In this document: positions 48,301 to 57,957 of the stretch, piece by piece
Layout: every line of letters begins with the position of its first letter
Numbering within the stretch: position 1 is the first letter of the stretch
NCBI GenBank assembly: GCA_965219415.1
Contig: CBDCNP010000002.1
Coordinates: forward strand, 1,248,001 to 1,312,000
Reading direction: 5' to 3'
From: Candidatus Marinacidobacterales bacterium
Lineage (GTDB): Bacteria; Acidobacteriota; Vicinamibacteria; Marinacidobacterales; DATDRI01
Length of the DNA stretch: 64,000 nucleotides
Translations under genes and position numbers: made by a program
The notes under the pieces: generated by a model
Seen by the model: only the letters and a program-made list of their open reading frames with translations
Database searches by the model: none
Told to the model about the DNA's origin: nothing

Positions 48301-49603
48301 AGCGTTCGGCGACTTGCTGGAGTGCCCGTTCCACGCCCGCGCCGTCGGCTCCGGTTACCACCACCGCGCTCTTCTCCCCGAAAGCCTTGGGCACCACTTG
48401 GATGAGACCCTCGCCCGCTTCAAGGGGAGGGAGCTGCAACTTCCCCTCGTCCACTAGGCGCTCCACTAACGGGTGCCCGTGACCGATGAGCACGAGCGTC
48501 GGCTGGTCTTCCGGCTTTTCGATCGCCTTTGGATCGCGAGCAAGGGGAATAGAGATCCCCGCCGACTCGAGCCCAATGCGAGCCGCGAGATCGACTGTCG
48601 CTTCGATTCCCCCACCGGAAGGACTCAGCAACACGTCGACGCGGTCGGCGATCAGGTCCTCGTTGGAATCCCCGAGGAATCCCTCGGGAGTGTATATGTT
48701 CGAAAGATCGAGGTCCGACTTCGCGTCCGATCCGGGTCGAGGCGGCGTCGGCCCGCGGGTCGGGATCGCCGGAGAGCTCGGCACCTCCACTTCCACCGGC
48801 TGGGCGCCGGGAGCGGACAGGACCACGCGCAAGACTTCCGCGCCGGCGTAGGACAGCGGTGCACTCGCCTCGGACGCCCGGTTGGCCAGTGCGCGGAGCT
48901 CAGCCGCGGCCTTGCCGACATCGGTGTCAGATGCGAGCGTGGCCATCGCATCAAGCCTCATCAGTTTGCTCCCTCCGGTTCCTACATAGAGGGCCGGGAC
49001 CCATACCGCGTTGACCGAAATCTCTCGATCGGTCAAGAAGGCGCGGAGCTCCTCGACCACTTTTTCGAGGGTGGGACCTTCCGGATCCCAGACGAAGGGT
49101 AAGCGCCCCGACAGAACTTCGGCCGCGGCCCTGGTTCCCGTCTCGTCCGCTCCCGCCACCACCAACCACTCACGTCCATCCGCGGTGAGAAGCTTGACGA
49201 GGCCTTCGCCGCTCTCCAATTCCGCGAGGCCGACCTCGGTGGCCGCAACCCCGGCTCGCGTGAGGGCGGCCGACCCCACAAGAATCGCCGGCCCCGACGA
49301 CCCCTCCATGGAAGCGAGCGGGATGTCCATTGCCATCGTCTCGTAGCCGAGCCTCGCAGCGACGTCGGCTGCAGCAGCAACATCGCTGACCGTCGGTGAC
49401 TCCCCTACAACAATAGCGGCGTCGACGAAGTCGATGACCTCGTCGCCGTTGCGATCTTGAAGAATGCGACCAGGCGAGAAGACCGCCTCCAGTCCGGAGG
49501 GCGCAGGTTCCTGGGCGGTCGCGCCCCCACCCACCACGCTCATGAGAACGACGGCGGCTAGCACTGCGCGTAACGAGAAATTTCGATCCTGGATTAGTTC
49601 CAT
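45386..49603 (-). CDS. Giant exported protein with C-terminal M14-like domain, paralog 3 (HxxE changed to DxxE)
   Basis: Colinear with paralogs 1 and 2; GRQDANE, PITNADG, NPHGY, TEAPDE. Confidence 0.85.
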   Translation of the reverse strand: MELIQDRNFSLRAVLAAVVLMSVVGGGATAQEPAPSGLEAVFSPGRILQDRNGDEVIDFVDAAIVVGESPTVSDVAAAADVAARLGYETMAMDIPLASMEGSSGPAILVGSAALTRAGVAATEVGLAELESGEGLVKLLTADGREWLVVAGADETGTRAAAEVLSGRLPFVWDPEGPTLEKVVEELRAFLTDREISVNAVWVPALYVGTGGSKLMRLDAMATLASDTDVGKAAAELRALANRASEASAPLSYAGAEVLRVVLSAPGAQPVEVEVPSSPAIPTRGPTPPRPGSDAKSDLDLSNIYTPEGFLGDSNEDLIADRVDVLLSPSGGGIEATVDLAARIGLESAGISIPLARDPKAIEKPEDQPTLVLIGHGHPLVERLVDEGKLQLPPLEAGEGLIQVVPKAFGEKSAVVVTGADGAGVERALQQVAERFPNVWERGKDRTTIDGIEEDARRFLSGRSPSGQAATALYKLEKLAEKLSGKDLESAHVVVSVDKPADGFEQVVRERAAALGADSLDVIIDDRDVEKAAIIFEEEFEVASEVDDFWTSFRSKVLSGVRRGQPVVLEVRLSEPPEVRAKIEGQAKAELILAGAAEAGTQVTVISAYKQGYSWLYDVVRPALEGKTIDHLTIRFAESGPPPEWKQQAMNTPSRWMLELYPIDEILARELKLDLDQIGFEMMPIGAPTYEAVATAPDGTEILRSTFEPKFVVRSFFDRFPDYEKVRVTTGWITARVGNDTIVDRRIVTDVERFWDHYQAKTLPAVYDYVMKNSKGKPRKSDAPHFGKLVVELTLSEPDYLIDLDRELIASMEAMHEEIYFHTLHYFDVLGRFTRGEALDYIGRVIPIMRPKGDGKPGQAKITFSGFRTNRPAVVIDYAERGGRRGEARLDVPKVKIKKPKAMAARVRVGHPGLERLDLRVKVDSETDERDALVKRKRAEQVDEQILSAEQVKAILANLEGLRGAGLYRDALAYHDLGVLTIAAGWEHEVNPATEARISLDQSGTPAPFPDIRAELPSGYRYEGGPIVQWDTPIPPPEAAELVAKLSTFDEVNAYKLGESYLGKDIWVMDLMPPIEASHWSHAKATTLKPTIVYSGRQDANEVSSTSHLLRLSEMLLTDPEFRKKLDRVNVVVHPITNADGAQLAYDLYEITPDYMLHAGYLGPLGVTLVTRWDSDPIYPESKHRVQLWQTWLPDIFLNPHGYPSHEWVQLFSEYAAWVRNRATESRDWWGTRGWFIPSFNYLDDPKYPRHKEAAFQIRERITEYINAVPELRALNERNYDRYRRFGFAHDSENFKLDFTNDVLIYSSIKGWEADPGTRDTVGDNFMVRNPKVTIFYGATEAPDETAYGDWMKLVATAGLQWDKANLDHLVEGDHVVERSTKTFFDGISLSMHRPRPPKPKEEETQ

Positions 49604-49627
49604 TTCTTGCTCCTCAGTTCATCCGTT

Positions 49628-51841
49628 CTAGACTCGGAAGAGGTACGTCCATTTGACGACGAAGCTTCTCTCGTTGAGGATCCAGATATCCCCCGGCTGG
49701 CTCACCCGCTCGTTGAAGACGACATAAATGTCGCTGCCGGGACGGTACGTGTAGCGCAAGCGAACATTGACACCGAATTCGCGGCTCACGTTATTCCACT
49801 GGACCAGTGCCGCTCCGAAAAGGCGAGTGTTGAGGGCGACGCTGGTGCGCATCGCCACTAAGTGGGTGCGGAGGTCTCCCGCCATCAGTCGTATATCACG
49901 AGTCGAGTAGTCGAGGCCAAGGAATAAATGCCGATTGACCTTGAGCTGGGTGACGGTGCCTAGGTCTTGTCGGGTGCCGTCGAAGAAGCCCCCACTGCTC
50001 AGGTTCACCGCTGTCGCGAGCGTCCGGTGTTGGGCAGAGACGAAACGAGCGTTCCAATGGTCAAATCGGTACTCGCCGGGGGCGACCTCGAGCACACCCG
50101 CGACCCGGAACGGCCGCTCGAGAGCCTCGTAAGACCGCAGCCAGGCGAAGGAAGCGACGTCGGCGCTGTCGAACTCGACCTCGACACCCGTCTCCAGATG
50201 GCGGGTTTCCAGCAACCCGCGGAGGTTCTCGACGTAGTCCAGCGAGGAGCGGAAGTAGACCTTGCGCACGCCCAGACGGCCGGGTCGGGGGCTCACCTGC
50301 AGGCGAACGAAACGACGGTCCATGTCGTCTCTCTGGACGAACCCCACCTCCGGCCTAAAGGTATCGCCCACCTGCATCCAGTCGGTTTCCAAACCCAGCA
50401 GATCGCTTTCTAAAAGGAGATGCACGCGGTAGGACGTGGAGCTCGTTCCAGGAGTGTCCTGATTGCTTCGGGCCCAGAACAGATCCACTTTGCTCTTGGA
50501 AAAGAAGGCGAAATTGGCGTCGAACCCCGCCACCAGGTTGGCAGAGGAATCGACGGGTCCGGTCCGGCGGCGATCGGTAAAAAGTAGACCGAGGCTCGAC
50601 CTCCCGAGAACGTCTCGCTTGAGCCGCAAGACGGAGAACGAAGTCGCAGGATAGAGGGCCAGGTCTTTGGTGCGCATCCCGAGAAATCCCAGACTGTAGT
50701 GCCCGAGCTTTCCGGTGAGCCGGGCCCCCCCGCGAATAGGCACCGGGCGACCTTCCTCCAGTCCGATCCTTCGACTGAAGAAAGGCAGGACGCGGTAGTT
50801 TCCCCGCCTCAATCCGAAATCGAAGATCCCGCGGCCTTCTTGAAAAAAGTCGCGCTTCTCGGGAAAGAAGAGTCCGAAACGCGTGAGGTTGATCTGCTGT
50901 TGGTCCACCTCGACGTCGGAGAAATCGGTGTTGACGGTCAAATCGAGGTTCAGGTTGGGTGTGAACCCGTACTTGATGTCGATCCCCGGCTGAAAGGCGT
51001 CCCGAGTGGGCAACTCTCCGGGTAACTCCTCTCGAGTCTCGACCGCCGCGGCGGTCACGAAGGGTTTGAACTCGAGGTTGCGGCTTTCGCTGATACCGTC
51101 CAGCCCCTCCAGCACCCCCGCCGAGGACAGTTTCCCGATTCCCGCGGTTGAGTACGACGCCGGGATGGCGGTCGCGTAGGTCCACTCGTTCTTATGCAGG
51201 ATCACGCGGCGGAAGTTGATTCCCCACCCAACATCCTCCCCGTTATAGCGAAGGCTCTTGAACGGAATCTCCACCTCCGCGGACCAACCTTCCGGTCCGA
51301 CGCGGGTCGCCACGTCCCAGACCGGATCCCAATATCGATTCCAATGGCGTCCTTCATCGGTGCAGGCCCAATCGTCACGGGCCCCGAGCGCGTTGAAGGT
51401 GAAGAGGTAACCGTTACGATGATCGTGGAACGTATCCAGGATGATGGAGAAGGTGTCGTCTCGCACGTGCATTCGACCGGGAGAATCACGGCGTAGCTCG
51501 TCGGCAATGATCTTTTGCGGATCGCTATAAAAGACCGTGACCCCGAAATACAGATTGTCGCGCGTGTAAACGATCCGGACTTCCGTTCTTTCGGTGGCCG
51601 GCTTCCCCTCGTCCGGAACTTGTTGAAGAAACTTGTCGAACCGAGGAGCATCCTTCCAGAGCGGCTCGTCCAGAACTCCATCGAGTCTCGGAGCCTCGGA
51701 TACCGGAACCGCGCTGAGTACCGTTTCGGCTTCCGCCACGGCCTGGTGAAGACCGGCCGCAAGCGCCTCCGTCCCCAACAAGAGGAGCGTTGCGAAGACG
51801 AGCAGAACCGGGACCGGTCGCAAAGGCCCTTTTCCTCGCAT
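49628..51841 (-). CDS. CBM9-like sugar-binding domain + DUF5916-like outer-membrane beta-barrel protein, copy 1
   Basis: P.LDGVLDE..W, ERTEVRI, NTDFS.VE.D, FFPEKR.FF.EG, FFSRRIG; ends KWTYLFRV; start uncertain (51841 or 51919). Confidence 0.85.
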   Translation of the reverse strand: MRGKGPLRPVPVLLVFATLLLLGTEALAAGLHQAVAEAETVLSAVPVSEAPRLDGVLDEPLWKDAPRFDKFLQQVPDEGKPATERTEVRIVYTRDNLYFGVTVFYSDPQKIIADELRRDSPGRMHVRDDTFSIILDTFHDHRNGYLFTFNALGARDDWACTDEGRHWNRYWDPVWDVATRVGPEGWSAEVEIPFKSLRYNGEDVGWGINFRRVILHKNEWTYATAIPASYSTAGIGKLSSAGVLEGLDGISESRNLEFKPFVTAAAVETREELPGELPTRDAFQPGIDIKYGFTPNLNLDLTVNTDFSDVEVDQQQINLTRFGLFFPEKRDFFQEGRGIFDFGLRRGNYRVLPFFSRRIGLEEGRPVPIRGGARLTGKLGHYSLGFLGMRTKDLALYPATSFSVLRLKRDVLGRSSLGLLFTDRRRTGPVDSSANLVAGFDANFAFFSKSKVDLFWARSNQDTPGTSSTSYRVHLLLESDLLGLETDWMQVGDTFRPEVGFVQRDDMDRRFVRLQVSPRPGRLGVRKVYFRSSLDYVENLRGLLETRHLETGVEVEFDSADVASFAWLRSYEALERPFRVAGVLEVAPGEYRFDHWNARFVSAQHRTLATAVNLSSGGFFDGTRQDLGTVTQLKVNRHLFLGLDYSTRDIRLMAGDLRTHLVAMRTSVALNTRLFGAALVQWNNVSREFGVNVRLRYTYRPGSDIYVVFNERVSQPGDIWILNERSFVVKWTYLFRV

Positions 51842-51986
51842 CACCGTTTGGTGGTTAGAGTTGGCGTCGCGTCCACTTGAGGATCTGTGGGCTTGAACGC
51901 CTGCCGAGATTCTCGGCATTTAAGCACGATCTAGTGCGGCGGCGCCATTCCCACCTAGACTGGGGTACCAATGATGGGGGTTTGGG

Positions 51987-53339
51987 TCAGGCGCTGGCCG
52001 CGTGAGCGACGGGGGTGTCCTTGATCAGGCCCAAGACCCAGGACAGCAACCCATCCGCCCGCGCCCCGTGCTTGCCGTAAGATGCGAGCATTCGAAACTT
52101 TTCCTCGAGCTCGGCTCGGTTGAGCGGGCTTTCCGGGTCTCCCCGCGGGTGGGTTACTGCGCCGTCCAATCTCTCGCCGCCCTCCAACACGAGACGGATG
52201 CGCGCCGGCCACTCGACCGGGTAGCGTGACTCGAGATCCGATCGGGCCAACGCGCTGATTCGAGGCAAGAGACCTCGGACGGCCGGGTCGGCGATACTCG
52301 CAGGCGTAAAATCCTCGAGCGTGACGTGACCGCGCGTGAGGGCCAACGCGACGCAGTGCTGCAAGCTGAACTGCGCGGCATACGGCGTCCGAGGCTCGGA
52401 ATCGTCGCAAAGATCGAGTGCCGCCTGGTAGGTGTCGATCTCGACACGCTCGACGGCGCGGCCCTCGAGCCGGCGCCGAAGCCCCAATGACACATCGATC
52501 GAGGCGTGGGTGTGACGACAAGACGCGTGGGGTTTCAGGGAGACGCCACCGATCTTGAAGACGGGCGAGACCGTGTCGAGTCCGTCGACGACGCGTTCAG
52601 GAGCGGCGTTCGGCGCGGTAGCGGCGAAGAGCCCTCTCTCTCCTTCGAGGATGCGGCGCGGGCCGGTGAAGCCTCGCGCCGCCAGGTCGGCAGCGAGAAG
52701 ACCGCCGGCGGCGGCGCGCCCGGTGTGCAGGTGCTTGCTCATCGCGCCGTCGGCGCTGAACTCCCAAAGGCCGGACGACTGCGTGCCCGCGTTGCCCAGG
52801 GCCCATACGATCTGCTCTTCCGTCAGACCCAAAAGCCAGCCCGCCGCGGCTGCGGCACCGAAGACACCGCAAGTCCCGGTGTTGTGGAAGTAGTAGTAAT
52901 GTCGCTTACCTACCGCCTCGCCTATTCGAATGGCTACCTCGTAACCCGCCACCACCGCCGAAAGGAAGTCTCTGCCGTTCCGGTTCTCGCGCTCCGCCAC
53001 CGCCAGGGCGGCGGGAATCACAACCGCGCCCGGGTGCACCACCGACCCACGATCCACGTCGTCCATCTCGACGATGTGCGAGAGGCCGCCGTTTACCAAT
53101 GCTGCTACGTCTGCCGACCGGGACAAACTGCTCCCTACCACGCCGCACGGTCCGGACGGCTGCATTTCGGCATAGTCGAGCAGCATGGCCCCGGGTGCGG
53201 TGGCCGTTCCAGCGAGCGTCGATCCCAACCAATCGAGCAAGTAACCTTGGGACGTTTCTAGAACCTCTTCCGGTAACCCGGACGCGCGCCATTCTGAGAG
53301 CCAGCTCGCTAGGCGTTCGGTAAGGGATGCTTCAACCAT
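51987..53339 (-). CDS. MmgE/PrpD family protein
   Basis: SHIVEMDDV, VHPG, GYEV, FHNTG, KHLH.G, K.HASCRHTH. Confidence 0.92.
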   Translation of the reverse strand: MVEASLTERLASWLSEWRASGLPEEVLETSQGYLLDWLGSTLAGTATAPGAMLLDYAEMQPSGPCGVVGSSLSRSADVAALVNGGLSHIVEMDDVDRGSVVHPGAVVIPAALAVAERENRNGRDFLSAVVAGYEVAIRIGEAVGKRHYYYFHNTGTCGVFGAAAAAGWLLGLTEEQIVWALGNAGTQSSGLWEFSADGAMSKHLHTGRAAAGGLLAADLAARGFTGPRRILEGERGLFAATAPNAAPERVVDGLDTVSPVFKIGGVSLKPHASCRHTHASIDVSLGLRRRLEGRAVERVEIDTYQAALDLCDDSEPRTPYAAQFSLQHCVALALTRGHVTLEDFTPASIADPAVRGLLPRISALARSDLESRYPVEWPARIRLVLEGGERLDGAVTHPRGDPESPLNRAELEEKFRMLASYGKHGARADGLLSWVLGLIKDTPVAHAASA

Positions 53340-53414
53340 AGTCGGACCTCCGTGTGATGTTCCGAGAGGTTGTGCCTGATATAGTATCGCAGCGTCGTCG
53401 GTTGCGAGAGCTCA

Positions 53415-54578
53415 ATGCCTTTTCACCTCAGCCCTGAGCAAGAACAGATAAGACAAAGCGTCCGGGAGATCTGTAGCGACTTCCCGGGAGAGTACTGGCG
53501 CGAACTGGACCGTCAGGGAAAGTATCCGGACGCGTTCGTCGAAGCCCTCACAAAAGGAGGCTGGCTGGCAGCGCTCATCCCCGAGGAGTACGGCGGCACT
53601 GGACTGGGAGTTTTCGAAGCGAGCCTCATCCTCGAGGAGATCAACCACTCGCCGGGTAACGCGGGCGTATGCCACGCGCAAATGTACATCATGGGGACGC
53701 TGCTCCGACACGGATCGGATCCTCAGAAGAAGCGGTACCTCCCCGCGATTGCCAGAGGGGAGTTGCGCTTGCAAGCCTTTGGTGTGACCGAGCCCACCAC
53801 CGGCTCGGATACGACCCAGCTGAAGACGACCGCGGTGCGGAAGGGCGACAAGTATGTGGTGAACGGTCAAAAGGTTTTCATATCGCGGGTCGAGCATTCG
53901 GACTTGCTTCTCCTGCTGGCTCGCACCACGCCCGCGGAGCAGGTGGACAAGCGAACCGAGGGGCTCTCCATCCTCCTGGTCGATCTGCGCCAAGCCGTCG
54001 GCAACGGCATCACCGTTCGACCGATTCGCACCATGATGAACCACCATTCAACGGAGCTTTTCATCGAAGAGCTAGAAGTTCCGGTCGATAGCTTGGTGGG
54101 TGATGAGGGCAAGGGCTTTCGCTACCTTCTCGACGGCTTGAACGCCGAGAGGATTCTCATCGCCGCCGAGTGCATCGGCGACGGGCGCTGGTTCCTCGAT
54201 CGCTCCTGCGGTTACGCCAAAGAGCGGGTAGTCTTCGACCGACCCATCGGCCAGAACCAAGGCGTTCAGTTTCCCATCGCGCGGGCCCATATTAATGTAG
54301 AAGCTGCGGACCTCATGCGCTTCCAGGCGGCCGAGCTCTTCGATCGCGGCAAACCGTGTGGCCCGGAAGCGAACATGGCCAAGCTCTTGGCGGCCGACGC
54401 CTCTTGGGAGGCGGCCAACGTGGCTGTTCAGACGCACGGCGGCTTCGGCTTCGCCGAAGAGTACGACATCGAGCGCAAGTTTCGGGAAACGAAGCTCTAT
54501 CAAGTCGCCCCGATCTCGACGAACCTCATTCTGGCTTATGTGGCGGAGCACATCCTGGGGCTCCCCAGGTCGTACTGA
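53415..54578 (+). CDS. Acyl-CoA dehydrogenase (methylsuccinyl-CoA dehydrogenase-like)
   Basis: IPEEYGG.G, VTEPTTGSDT, NGQKVFISR, QTHGGFGFAEEYDIERKFRE. Confidence 0.9.
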   Translation: MPFHLSPEQEQIRQSVREICSDFPGEYWRELDRQGKYPDAFVEALTKGGWLAALIPEEYGGTGLGVFEASLILEEINHSPGNAGVCHAQMYIMGTLLRHGSDPQKKRYLPAIARGELRLQAFGVTEPTTGSDTTQLKTTAVRKGDKYVVNGQKVFISRVEHSDLLLLLARTTPAEQVDKRTEGLSILLVDLRQAVGNGITVRPIRTMMNHHSTELFIEELEVPVDSLVGDEGKGFRYLLDGLNAERILIAAECIGDGRWFLDRSCGYAKERVVFDRPIGQNQGVQFPIARAHINVEAADLMRFQAAELFDRGKPCGPEANMAKLLAADASWEAANVAVQTHGGFGFAEEYDIERKFRETKLYQVAPISTNLILAYVAEHILGLPRSY

Positions 54579-55756
54579 TGCTTCCACTGGACGGGATCAC
54601 GGTGGTCGCCATCGAGCAAGCCGTGGCCGGCCCCTTTGCCAGTCGCCAGCTTGCCGATCTCGGCGCGCGGGTGATTAAGATCGAACGCCCCAAGGGCGGC
54701 GACTTCGCTCGATCGTATGACACCACCGTCAAGGGACTGTCCAGTCACTTCGTCTGGCTGAACCGATCGAAGGAATCCCTCACCCTCGACCTCAAACAAG
54801 AAGAAGCTCGTTCCATCTTCGAACAGCTTCTGGCCAAGGCGGACGTGCTCCTACACAACCTGGCACCGGGTGCGGCGGACCGTCTTGGGTTGGGCTCGGA
54901 GGCGGTTCGAAAAAAGCAGCCCCGCCTCATTACCTGCGCTATTTCCGGCTATGGCTCGTCGGGTCCCTGGCGAGAGGAGAAAGCCTACGATCTGCTCGTT
55001 CAAGCCGAGGCCGGGCTCCTCTCTATCACCGGAACTGAGGAGACACCTTCGAAAGTGGGGATCTCCGTCGCCGACATCGCTGCCGGCACGTATGCCTACG
55101 CGGGGGTTCTGACAGCACTTCTTACTCGGGCCAAAACGGGTGAAGGGTTGGCCATCGAAGTTTCCCTTCTAGACGCGCTAGGAGAATGGATGGGCTACCC
55201 GGCGCTTTACGCCGGTTACGGCGGCTCGGCCCCACCCCGAACCGGACCGAGTCATGCCGCGATCGCTCCTTACGGACCCTTCGCGAGCGGTGGGGATGGC
55301 GTGGTGTATCTCGCGGTGCAGAACGATGCGGAGTGGAAACGCTTTTGCGAGCAAGTCGTGAAGCGTCCCGAGTTGGCGGAGGATCCTCGATTCGACTCCA
55401 ACTCGAAGCGGGTTCGGAACCGCGCCGATCTCCATGACCTGATCGAGTCGACGTTCCGGGAGCTCACCGCTCCGGAAGTTGTGGAACGGCTCGGGCAGGC
55501 GCAGATCGCCCACGGTCGCCTGAGGACCATCCAGGAGTTTTTGGACCACCCACAGCTTTCCGCCCGCGAACGCTGGCGTGAGGTGGATTCACCAGCCGGC
55601 CCAGTGCGGGTCCTCCTTCCACCCGTCAACCTCGAGGGAGTCGAGCCATTGATGGAGGCCGTTCCGGCGCTGGGTCAGCACACCGAGGCTATACTCCAGG
55701 AGCTAGGATTCGATTCACACGCTGTCGGAAGACTCCGCCGGGCGGGGGTGATCTAA
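54578..55756 (+). CDS. CaiB/BaiF class III CoA transferase (itaconate CoA-transferase-like)
   Basis: TGATG coupling; PLDGITVV..EQAVAGPFASRQLADLGARVIKIERP..GDFAR.YD; NRSKES; KAYD catalytic Asp. Confidence 0.9.
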   Translation: MLPLDGITVVAIEQAVAGPFASRQLADLGARVIKIERPKGGDFARSYDTTVKGLSSHFVWLNRSKESLTLDLKQEEARSIFEQLLAKADVLLHNLAPGAADRLGLGSEAVRKKQPRLITCAISGYGSSGPWREEKAYDLLVQAEAGLLSITGTEETPSKVGISVADIAAGTYAYAGVLTALLTRAKTGEGLAIEVSLLDALGEWMGYPALYAGYGGSAPPRTGPSHAAIAPYGPFASGGDGVVYLAVQNDAEWKRFCEQVVKRPELAEDPRFDSNSKRVRNRADLHDLIESTFRELTAPEVVERLGQAQIAHGRLRTIQEFLDHPQLSARERWREVDSPAGPVRVLLPPVNLEGVEPLMEAVPALGQHTEAILQELGFDSHAVGRLRRAGVI

Positions 55757-55805
55757 ACGCCGAGCTGATTTCTAGGAAATCATTTTTCGTGGTGAGGTCA
55801 AGACC

Positions 55806-56324
55806 ATGACAATCAAAGAAGGGTGGCAAGGGCGAGTCTACGAGGACTTCGAGGTCGGTGACGTCTATCGCCACCCGCTTGGACGAACCGTAGTTTCAGC
55901 CGACAACATCTGGTTCACCCTCCTGACGCAAAACACCAACCCGCTACACTTCGATCACGCCTACGCTAGCCAGACCGAGATCGGAAAGCCGCTGGTGGAT
56001 TCCACTTTTACGCTGGCTCTGGTGACGGGACAGTCGGTGACAGACGTCTCCCAAAACGCCATGGCGAACCTCGGCTGGGACGAAGTGCACTTGCCCCATC
56101 CCGTCTTCGAAGGAGATACCGTTTACTCGCAAAGCGAAGTGCTCGAAAAACGCGAGTCGAAATCACGAGCCAACGTCGGCATCGTCAAGGTCAAAACGAC
56201 CGGCTTCAATCAAGACGGGAAAGTGATCATCGAGTTCAAGCGGACGATGATGATTTACAAGCGTGGCCACGTCCCTGAGACTTGGCCGCCGAATGCTGGA
56301 AGGCAAGATCCGACGTCGAGGTAG
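55806..56324 (+). CDS. MaoC-family (R)-specific hydratase/dehydratase
   Basis: GRVYEDFEVG, DN..F..LT.N.NPLHFD, ANLGW, PVFEGDT. Confidence 0.9.
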   Translation: MTIKEGWQGRVYEDFEVGDVYRHPLGRTVVSADNIWFTLLTQNTNPLHFDHAYASQTEIGKPLVDSTFTLALVTGQSVTDVSQNAMANLGWDEVHLPHPVFEGDTVYSQSEVLEKRESKSRANVGIVKVKTTGFNQDGKVIIEFKRTMMIYKRGHVPETWPPNAGRQDPTSR

Positions 56325-56327
56325 GCG

Positions 56328-57953
56328 GTGCCATCGGTCGCGGAAGTTCTGCTCGACGGTCTCAAGAGCGCCGGAGCAACGCGGCTTTTCGGAGTTCCGG
56401 GTGGCGGCGGGAGCCTGGAGCTCTTGCAAGCGGCCCGCCACTGCGGCCTGCCTTTCGTTTTGTGTCACCAGGAAACGGCCGCCTGTATCATGGCCGCGGT
56501 CACCGGAGAGCTCACCGGAAAACCCGGTGCCGCCCTGGTCGCCCTCGGACCGGGAGCGGCGAGCGCGGTCAACGGTGTTGCCTACGCGCGGCTGGACCGG
56601 GCGCCGCTGATTGTTTTCACCGACCGCCACTCCGAGGAGAACCTTGCCTTCACCACTCACCAGGCACTCGACCATCGAGCTCTTCTCGGCGCCGCCGCCA
56701 AAGCGAGCACCATCGTCCGTCCCGAGACGGCGCACGTTCAGATCACAGAAGCCGTCGAGCTCGCCGTGACCGACCCCCGGGGGCCGGTGCATCTGGAACT
56801 CCCGGCCGACGTCGCGGCAAAGCCTTCCGGTGCATCGGCTCCGTTGGCGAACGCGGGGCCGGAACCTCCAACGGAGGTTTCGGGGATAGATAGGGCCGCG
56901 GAGCAGATTCGCTCCGCGCGACGACCGGTTCTGCTCGTGGGACTCGAGTGCCGCGATGATGAGGATACGCGACAGGTCCGAGAGCTCGCCACGCGTCTCG
57001 TCGCACCCGTCCTCACTACCTACAAGGCAAAAGGCGCCTTGCCGGACGATCACCCACTGCACGCGGGGATCTTCACCGGAGCCGCCCTCGAGAAGGACGT
57101 CGTCGGTTCCGCCGACCTTATCGTGGCCCTGGGGCTCGATCATGTGGAGTTGATCCCCAAGCGGTGGGTCTACGAGTGCTCCGTGATCCACATCAGCCGC
57201 GAGCCATCCTCGGCTCGCTACTACCGCCCCGAAGTCGTCCTCACCGGGCGGCCAGGACGGATCCTTCGCGAGCTGATGGTACGACTCGGCGGTGATGTGC
57301 GTACGGAGTGGAAACGAGAGACGCTGGCTGAGCTCAAGCGCTCGGTGGCCGAAAGACTAGTGGTTCCTACAGAGGGTTTGGCACCCCACCGGGTCGTACA
57401 AGTGGCCAGGAAGATCGCACCCGAACCAACTATCGCCGTCGTCGATTCCGGGGCCCACATGTTCCCCCTAACCCACTTCTGGACGGCGCCAGCACCGAAG
57501 AGCTTCCTCATTAGTAACGGCCTGGCAACGATGGGCTTCGCGCTTCCCGCCGCCATCGCTGCGCAGCTCGCCCATCCCGAGCGGCCGGTCATCTGCTTCA
57601 CCGGAGACGGCGGGTTGATGATGGTGGCGGCGGAGCTGGAAACGGTGGCGCGCCTCGGCTTGCTGATCGTCATCGTTGTTTTCAACGATCAAGCTCTCTC
57701 CCTTATTAAGATCAAGCAAGAGCAGAAGGGCTATGGTGGGCGTGACATGAGCTACTGCGGACCGGAATTCCCGGCGCTCGCCCGCAGCTTCGGGATCGAG
57801 GCCTTTGCTGCCCACACCGAAAGCGAGTTCGAAGAAACTCTTAGCGCGGCTTTGGCGAAGGAGGGGCCGGTACTGATCGACGCGCGGGTCGACCCTTCCG
57901 GCTATCGCGCGATGCTGGAGACGATTCGCGGAGCGCCCTCGGCTAAAGCCTAG
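56328..57953 (+). CDS. ThDP-dependent enzyme, acetolactate-synthase-like superfamily
   Basis: FGVPGG, HQE, GPG, GPVHLELPAD, MGFALPAA, GDGG...N. Confidence 0.88.
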   Translation: MPSVAEVLLDGLKSAGATRLFGVPGGGGSLELLQAARHCGLPFVLCHQETAACIMAAVTGELTGKPGAALVALGPGAASAVNGVAYARLDRAPLIVFTDRHSEENLAFTTHQALDHRALLGAAAKASTIVRPETAHVQITEAVELAVTDPRGPVHLELPADVAAKPSGASAPLANAGPEPPTEVSGIDRAAEQIRSARRPVLLVGLECRDDEDTRQVRELATRLVAPVLTTYKAKGALPDDHPLHAGIFTGAALEKDVVGSADLIVALGLDHVELIPKRWVYECSVIHISREPSSARYYRPEVVLTGRPGRILRELMVRLGGDVRTEWKRETLAELKRSVAERLVVPTEGLAPHRVVQVARKIAPEPTIAVVDSGAHMFPLTHFWTAPAPKSFLISNGLATMGFALPAAIAAQLAHPERPVICFTGDGGLMMVAAELETVARLGLLIVIVVFNDQALSLIKIKQEQKGYGGRDMSYCGPEFPALARSFGIEAFAAHTESEFEETLSAALAKEGPVLIDARVDPSGYRAMLETIRGAPSAKA

Positions 57954-57957
57954 TGCA

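Noticed and set aside
54356-54577. N-terminal extension of the CaiB ORF
   Set aside because: Overlaps the acyl-CoA dehydrogenase; TGATG coupling places the start at 54578
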